Source: a virus
Taxonomy: Duplodnaviria > Caudoviricetes
Virus record (IMG/VR): IMGVR_UViG_3300024232_000056
Location: 1 to 30,490 of that record
Strand: one strand, 5' to 3'
Length of the DNA stretch: 30,490 nt
Part shown: positions 24,693 through 30,490 of the stretch, piece by piece
Layout: the number at the start of each line of letters is the position of its first letter
Numbering within the stretch: position 1 is the stretch's first letter
Notes under the pieces: generated by a model
Seen by the model: only the letters and a program-made list of their open reading frames with translations
The model's database searches: none
What the model was told of the DNA's origin: nothing
Position numbers and translations under genes: made by a program

Positions 24693-24868
24693 CCCTGGAA
24701 CATGAACCCAAAGACTTTCCAACCAAGCAGGAAGAACAGCACGAACAGTAAGACTGTGCTCACTGTTGCTGTCGTCGCTGCAGCGAGACCGATCATGCCC
24801 AGATGGGCAAAGATCCCGAACACTAGCCAGATCAGCATGATAACCCAGAACGCTAAACCTATTGGCAT
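24689..24868 (-). CDS. 59-aa two-TM membrane protein (holin candidate)
   Basis: Hand translation MPIGLAFWVIMLIWLVFGIFAHLGMIGLAAATTATVSTVLLFVLFFLLGWKVFGFMFQG; RBS AGGAGG. Confidence 0.75.
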   Translation of the reverse strand: MPIGLAFWVIMLIWLVFGIFAHLGMIGLAAATTATVSTVLLFVLFFLLGWKVFGFMFQG

Positions 24869-24869
24869 G

Positions 24870-25442
24870 TCATCCTCCTAGTATCCCATTCTCGAAGAAG
24901 TCTTTATACTGGAACCCTGGCTTTGCCGGGGGCGGGACCATCTGGGACTGGAGGCCCGCGAGCGTCTGGGGCTGTGCCGAGGTATAGGGCACACTCCCAG
25001 CTGCTCCCGGACCCGGAGCACCGATCCGTGTCCACCAGCCCTTGTCAGGCCCCTCGATCCCGAAGCGCTCGCCCCCAGCGGCGTAGGTCTGCGGGCCACC
25101 CGCGAACCCTACCGTGCCCGAGGCGTTGCCTGTGGCATAGTTGGTTATGTTAGAGCCCCCCAGAACGCTTTGTACCACTGGGTCGTACGCCGCGCGAGTG
25201 TTCTGATCTACCCCACGCGCAGCGCGCTGATGAGTCACCCCAGGGAAGTACTCCCCAGACAGCACGTCAGCCAGCGACTTTCGTCGAGCAACAGCCCGAT
25301 TGAGCGTGGTCTCAATGAAGGCCTGCCACGCTTGTGGCCCTTGCCCACCGACCTCGGCCTTGGTATAGGCCAAGAGCTTGTCCCGCACACGGGGGTCCTG
25401 AAGCTCTTCCGCGAAGCGTCTCCGTCCAAGATCATCTGCCAC
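24870..25442 (-). CDS. SleB/Hydrolase_2-like cell wall hydrolase
   Basis: LLAYTKAEVGGQG...AFIETTLNR resembles the SleB aE..g...V.NR motif; GSNITNYAT. Confidence 0.55.
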   Translation of the reverse strand: MADDLGRRRFAEELQDPRVRDKLLAYTKAEVGGQGPQAWQAFIETTLNRAVARRKSLADVLSGEYFPGVTHQRAARGVDQNTRAAYDPVVQSVLGGSNITNYATGNASGTVGFAGGPQTYAAGGERFGIEGPDKGWWTRIGAPGPGAAGSVPYTSAQPQTLAGLQSQMVPPPAKPGFQYKDFFENGILGG

Positions 25443-27498
25443 CGGCACCTCCCGCTGGCTTGGGCTTCTGGGCGGCTTGCTTCAGCATCATCTGATGCTT
25501 CTGCTCGCCCTGTTGCAGGGCCTGTTGGCCTTTCAGTTCACTGTGCCGCAGGTCCTGCTGTCCCTTCATGGCGTTTAGCTGGATGTCCTGCTGTCCCATT
25601 TGCTGGGTGGACTGAAGCTTGCTGAACTCTGTCGAGGCCTTGATCCGGGCGAGTTGACTCGCGGACTGGACCTTCATAACGCTTTCCTGCATCTTCATCC
25701 CGTGCTCTTGCTGTTTCATAGCCATTTCTTGCTGTTTTTCGCGGGGATCGTTGCTCGCAGCGGCCTCTTGGGCCTTGGCTATGTTGAGGGCGGTCTTGGA
25801 CTTCGTTTCATCGACCTTAGCTGCCTCACCAGCGATCGTAATGGCCTTAGCCTGCTCAGCCACAGGATCTTTCTGCTCCAGAAGAGCCAAAAGCTTCCGC
25901 TTGAGCTGACCTTGTAGCGGAGCAAGCTCAAGTAGGATCTGTGGAGGTATATTAGCCCCTTGAGCGGTGAGGGCGACCAGCGTATCATAGGCATCTCCCA
26001 TCATGTTGACCTCATCTGGGCCCTCATCCAGGGAGAAGTTGACATCTAGCGTCCCAATCGAGTTCACGAGCCGCGGAAGCCCGTATTCATCCACCCCTAC
26101 ACCATTGACTTGCACCAGTTGAGCTAGTCCCGCGTCGTCTGTGACCCGGATATAGCGCTCAGCGGTCCAATATCGCTGCACAGCGTTCCAAATAGCCCGA
26201 TAAAGACGCAGTTTCCAGTTCTTTATGCCTATAACGAACGGCCCCAGCTCGGCGATACCTGCTTGTTGGAGCAGGTTGATCGCGCGTCCGGACTTGTACT
26301 CGAGGCCCTGACCTATTAGGGCCGGGCTGGGGCCGAAGTTCTCTATCTCGTTCTTTGCGTCTTCGAGGAACTTGATTTGGCCTTCGATATTAGTGATGCG
26401 GGCCGCATCATCGAACTCCATTTCGAAGCCCTTGTTGTAGATAACCACACCGTCCGGTCTGATAGCCTCCCTTCGAGTAACCTCAATATCAGCAAATGCT
26501 CCATCTTCCGCCTTGATCCGGCGCGAAACCAGCTCATGTAGGCCTTTCGAGCGGCGCTGGTTGATCTCATCCTGGGATGAACGTAGATTACGGACGAAGC
26601 CATAGCGATCACCGTCATGATCCACGAAGCTGGAGAACATGATATACTTGCATATCATATCTCCCTTCTCATTGTAGAAGTAGCCCTTGCCCTCGTCGAT
26701 CTTCATCGAGCCCGTGAACAGGCACCACTTCCACCCTTTTCCACTCTTGTACCAGATATCCACTACCCGCAGGCGCTTATGCCGAGAGTCCACGTCAAAC
26801 CAGCGCCTCTCCCGTTCCGGGTTCGAGGTCAGGTCCGCGCCGTCGCCCTCCATCAGAACCCGCATCTCCTTCGCGGTCTCCTCGTCGGGCGCGAGCAACA
26901 CAGCATCCTCAATGTCGAGCCACTTGCCCTGACCCATGAACCTTGCATCGGCGAAGTCATGATCGTAGGAGCGCACATCATAGAAGAAACTGTCCGTTTT
27001 GACGAGGGCGAACCCGATATCCTTGTCGTCCTTGTCCCCTTTGACGAGCATCATCTCGACGCCGCCAATACCATCCACAGCAGCGTTCTCGGTAGCGAAG
27101 GGAAAGAGCGACTCGCGGAGATCACTCTCCACCACATACCTTACTACTGCCGTCGCAAGCTCGGCACCCATCTCATCCTGATCTCGCGGAGTCTTCGGGT
27201 AGGCCTTGGGGTCCTGCTTGATCTTCTCCATCAGCCCAATGATCGAGTCAATCTTACGCCCGATCCTGTTGTACGTCACCACAGGCTGTTTGCGTCGGTT
27301 GAATACCTCCACCTGATCCGCGGTCCATTGAGCCCCGTGCCGATATCCTCGAGCGTTCTTCTGCTCCAGTATCTCGTCGTGCTTGGACGCAATGTAGTCC
27401 AGATAGGACTGCTTGCAACGACGCAGCTCCCAATAGCCCTCGTCGTCAATATCGCTATCATTGACCACATAGTCATCTTTATATACTGCGATGGCCAT
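25432..27498 (-). CDS. portal protein, P22 gp1-like with C-terminal coiled-coil barrel
   Basis: GAQW, PVVTYNRI...I..IIG, YGFVRNLRSSQDEINQRRSK, SGRAI..LQQAG, Gln/Met/Lys-rich tail. Confidence 0.9.
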   Translation of the reverse strand: MAIAVYKDDYVVNDSDIDDEGYWELRRCKQSYLDYIASKHDEILEQKNARGYRHGAQWTADQVEVFNRRKQPVVTYNRIGRKIDSIIGLMEKIKQDPKAYPKTPRDQDEMGAELATAVVRYVVESDLRESLFPFATENAAVDGIGGVEMMLVKGDKDDKDIGFALVKTDSFFYDVRSYDHDFADARFMGQGKWLDIEDAVLLAPDEETAKEMRVLMEGDGADLTSNPERERRWFDVDSRHKRLRVVDIWYKSGKGWKWCLFTGSMKIDEGKGYFYNEKGDMICKYIMFSSFVDHDGDRYGFVRNLRSSQDEINQRRSKGLHELVSRRIKAEDGAFADIEVTRREAIRPDGVVIYNKGFEMEFDDAARITNIEGQIKFLEDAKNEIENFGPSPALIGQGLEYKSGRAINLLQQAGIAELGPFVIGIKNWKLRLYRAIWNAVQRYWTAERYIRVTDDAGLAQLVQVNGVGVDEYGLPRLVNSIGTLDVNFSLDEGPDEVNMMGDAYDTLVALTAQGANIPPQILLELAPLQGQLKRKLLALLEQKDPVAEQAKAITIAGEAAKVDETKSKTALNIAKAQEAAASNDPREKQQEMAMKQQEHGMKMQESVMKVQSASQLARIKASTEFSKLQSTQQMGQQDIQLNAMKGQQDLRHSELKGQQALQQGEQKHQMMLKQAAQKPKPAGGAGGR

Positions 27499-30362
27499 CA
27501 GTGTCGTCCTATGATAACGCGGCCCTGACGTGGCCTTCTGATCGAGTAGTCAGACAGCATTCCGTGTCCAATAGGATAGGTATAGCGCGGGTCGTGCGGG
27601 AAGAACGGCTCGAACAAGGTGTCCGCATCGGTCATCTTCGAGGCGCTTATAAACTGATCGTATACTAACTGTGGCGTAAATAGCCGATCAGCGTCAGAAA
27701 TCAGGTTCGGAAAGAGTTCATTCCGCTGAACAACCGTCGGCGAGTAGAAAGTACTCGTATCCGCGAAGAATACTGGATCAACCTTAGAGCCGACACTCGG
27801 CATTCTAAGAATATCAGTATCCACAAACGGGAATGGACTGATGTTGACCGCAGACACAGTCAACGCAGGCGCAAAGAATACATCACTATCAACAAACAGC
27901 ACAGGCTGGATGTCGGACACGGCCAGTACGACCGGGTTGAATACAGCGTCCGCGTCGGTGAACTTCGACGGGCCGACAAACAGCCCTGTAATCGGATCAA
28001 AGAACACGTCCGTATCAGTGAACGTCAGCGGAATGACATTGACTGTCCCGGCGGCGAGCGCGGGCACAAAGAAGTTATCCGCGTCATTAATCCTGCCAGC
28101 CATTGTGGGCTGTGCGCCGCCACCAGTGACCAACGCCATCCTCGGCGAGTCACTATCAATAAACAGCGTGGGCGTGATATTGACTGCGCCCACCGCAAGT
28201 GTCGGACTAAAGAAGGTATCACTATCAGAGAAGAAAGTGGGAACTACTAGTTGCCCTTGGGCTGGCCCACGGATGACCACAGTGACCGACATAGGCGGAG
28301 GTACATAGCGTCGGTTCTTGATCAGGGGCGAGCTGTCGGACTCGTGATAGATACGCTTCAGTTCACCGCCAACTACCGTCGGACTATAGTGAGTATCACT
28401 CTCGGCATAGACAGCCGGAACCACTATGAATTGACCACCACCAATACCTACGCTAAAGATAGTATCCGTGTCGACATAGCGGCCTCCCGGTCGAATATCC
28501 AGATTTCCACTCCGAATAACGACCGTAACTGACATAGGCGGAATAAACCGCCTGACGATGATCCGTTCCGAGGCCGCGGCATAGGTATTGACTATTGGAG
28601 ACGTACCGATCCCCTGAAGAGATGGCCCATAAAACCAGTCAACGTCAGTTAACAGCCCCGGGGTCGCTCCGACAGTTCCCCCCACAAGTGAGGGACTATA
28701 GAAACTATCGGCGTCCCCGAAGAAGAAAGTCCCGAAGTTATATATAACCGCGATACTAGAGAACGCATCAGCGTCAACTAGTAGGCTCGGTGTCAGGGCC
28801 CGCGTCGCGGCAAGTCCCGGAACGAATATAACATCACTATCAATAAAGAATACTGGCGCGGTCTGCTTCAGTGTCGAGACTAATGGAGCGAAGAACGTAT
28901 CACTATCGATTATCAAAGGCTGGGCAACAGATACACCCCCGACGAAGCTGGGAGCAAAGACTCTGTCAGTATCGATGAATAGGCCCGGTCGCGGCCCAAT
29001 CAGCGGACTAAAGAATACGTCCGAGTCCGCGAATAGCGTCGTAGTAAACCCTGCACCGAAGTTAGGCGCAGAGAAGATATCACTATCAACGAACAGCGAG
29101 GACAGTACAGCTGTTGTAGTACTTAGACCTATAATAAAGAACGTATCAACATCGTTGAAGGAGTTCTGGGCCAGTAGGTTTTTGCTGGTGCTGAGCGTCG
29201 GCCCAAAGAACGTGTCACTATCAGCCAGTCGCTGGGGCGTGACTATACCAGCATTAGGAATTGTAAAGGTCTGAATAACAGACGAGTGAGGTATCCTTCG
29301 TCGTCGATAGAATGCGCTCGCCGCGGCATAGGATGGGTACGAGCCCAGCGCGACCGCGGGACTATACCAAGCGTCGGTATACGGAATAAGATTAGGCGTG
29401 ATCGACAGCACCTGGCCCGCCGTTGGACTGGACCAGCTGTCCGCATCGGAGATCTTGCCCGGGGTAAGCCCTATAGTCGAGCCTAGCGCGGGACCAATAA
29501 AGCTGTCTGCATCAGAGATCAGCCCAGGCGTAAGCCCCGTAAGTGCCCCGGGCTGTTGCCGAGGAATATCGATAACCTCGCCAATAGGCCTAGATCGATA
29601 GACATATAACGGCGTCATCCCAGCTTCGGCTATACCCGGGAAGTCTCCAGAAAGGGCCGGGGCACTGTACGTATCATTGTCTGTATATTTTCCGGGAGTC
29701 AAGGCCTGATTAAGATCAGCCTTAAATGTTAAAGTGCCCAGTACCGTTGCAGTCGGAGCCGTCCCAGTGAATGCTGGAGTCTGCGCGGTCGTGGCCGAGG
29801 TAACTAAATGAGAAATAACTGCATGGGTATTGGCCTGGTTAGTCTGATTGGTAAGCGTAAATGGAGACGAAGCTGCCCAAGTGGCCGCGGCGTTGTTAGC
29901 ACTCCATCCAATGACCAACTCACTAGCCTGAGCCAATGTAGCAGACGCAGGACAACTGTACGGTGTCGTGATATCAGTGGTGCCATTGGCCGGGCTCGAG
30001 TCTACCGGAGATGTGACGAACGGTCCAGTGAATACCGCGCAAAGGCATGAGAAGTCATTAGCACTCGCTGTAGCTGCAATGGTAACTGAACTAAGAGTTC
30101 CCGGTACTGTCACGCGGGAATAGAAAAGCCTACCAGAGATAGTTGTTCCACTAAGCGTTCCAGCGTTCTGTGCAACATAAGTATTGCCCAGGTTATCCGT
30201 GCATCCACTCGCGGTCAACGCGGTCTGCTGGGCCATCAAAGCCACAACGAGATCGCCCACCGCGACCACAGGCGGCGTTTGTATAGCTATAGGATTACTC
30301 GCGCCAATGCTGGCACCAGTCAGTATCGCAACACCAATTGCTTTTTGATCGCCAAAGGCCAT
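27498..30362 (-). CDS. 954-aa repeat-rich putative virion fibre/decoration protein
   Basis: About 215-aa Thr/Ala-rich beta domain followed by about 26 P-x-(L/F)-(F/I)-x-D-x-D-x-F-(F/Y)-x-P repeats. Confidence 0.8.
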   Translation of the reverse strand: MAFGDQKAIGVAILTGASIGASNPIAIQTPPVVAVGDLVVALMAQQTALTASGCTDNLGNTYVAQNAGTLSGTTISGRLFYSRVTVPGTLSSVTIAATASANDFSCLCAVFTGPFVTSPVDSSPANGTTDITTPYSCPASATLAQASELVIGWSANNAAATWAASSPFTLTNQTNQANTHAVISHLVTSATTAQTPAFTGTAPTATVLGTLTFKADLNQALTPGKYTDNDTYSAPALSGDFPGIAEAGMTPLYVYRSRPIGEVIDIPRQQPGALTGLTPGLISDADSFIGPALGSTIGLTPGKISDADSWSSPTAGQVLSITPNLIPYTDAWYSPAVALGSYPSYAAASAFYRRRRIPHSSVIQTFTIPNAGIVTPQRLADSDTFFGPTLSTSKNLLAQNSFNDVDTFFIIGLSTTTAVLSSLFVDSDIFSAPNFGAGFTTTLFADSDVFFSPLIGPRPGLFIDTDRVFAPSFVGGVSVAQPLIIDSDTFFAPLVSTLKQTAPVFFIDSDVIFVPGLAATRALTPSLLVDADAFSSIAVIYNFGTFFFGDADSFYSPSLVGGTVGATPGLLTDVDWFYGPSLQGIGTSPIVNTYAAASERIIVRRFIPPMSVTVVIRSGNLDIRPGGRYVDTDTIFSVGIGGGQFIVVPAVYAESDTHYSPTVVGGELKRIYHESDSSPLIKNRRYVPPPMSVTVVIRGPAQGQLVVPTFFSDSDTFFSPTLAVGAVNITPTLFIDSDSPRMALVTGGGAQPTMAGRINDADNFFVPALAAGTVNVIPLTFTDTDVFFDPITGLFVGPSKFTDADAVFNPVVLAVSDIQPVLFVDSDVFFAPALTVSAVNISPFPFVDTDILRMPSVGSKVDPVFFADTSTFYSPTVVQRNELFPNLISDADRLFTPQLVYDQFISASKMTDADTLFEPFFPHDPRYTYPIGHGMLSDYSIRRPRQGRVIIGRH

Positions 30363-30490
30363 CTACATCTCGAACACAGAGAACTGATACGGATTAGGTC
30401 CGGGCGGTGGAGCAGTCCCCACTACGACCTGGGCCAGCGCGGCCGAGCCGCTTTGAGCGAAGGTAACATCTCCCGAGTAGAACGCTGTTA
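30363..30490 (-). CDS. 3' end of an upstream hypothetical (virion-like) protein, truncated by window
   Basis: Hand translation ...TAFYSGDVTFAQSGSAALAQVVVGTAPPPGPNPYQFSVFEM*; stop abuts the next ATG. Confidence 0.6.
   Translation of the reverse strand, partial: TAFYSGDVTFAQSGSAALAQVVVGTAPPPGPNPYQFSVFEM

Noticed and set aside
1-30490. Stop-codon reassignment or restriction-site avoidance
   Set aside because: Genes are intact under the standard code and use all three stops; GATC, GANTC and CTCGAG sites are plentiful.

Overview
A 30.5-kb piece of a GC-rich tailed dsDNA phage, probably a podovirus of an Alphaproteobacterium; the host is inferred from the VPLPA-type sorting signal and composition. 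It has two convergent arms that meet at about 11.37-11.40 kb. The + arm (1-11395) is early/replication: the end of a UvrD-like helicase, HTH and RHH-like regulators, a secreted PEP-CTERM/VPLPA-CTERM protein flanked by structured RNA, a Cas4/RecB-like nuclease, a Sak4-like ATPase, a DUF669-like SSB, a ParB-HTH-DNA methyltransferase fusion, a family A DNA polymerase, and a DUF3987/YfjI-like P-loop helicase. The polymerase is split into a UDG+ExoI/II gene and an ExoIII+Pol gene with a KTSC gene between them. The - arm (30490 to 11367) is morphogenesis/lysis: a 954-aa DxDxF-repeat protein, P22-like portal, SleB-like hydrolase, small membrane proteins, scaffold, DUF4043/N4-gp56-type major capsid, decoration protein, P22 gp4/gp10/gp26-like tail parts, three ejection proteins, an HxH-motif tail fibre and a COG5526-type endolysin. 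Most notable are (i) the phage-borne exosortase substrate with a four-hairpin leader, (ii) the split UDG-proofreading polymerase with unusual active-site residues, (iii) a ~58-nt leader shared by an early gene and the capsid gene, and (iv) the repeat protein. No integrase, terminase, primase, tRNA or CRISPR array was seen. All family calls come from motif recognition by eye, not database searches.
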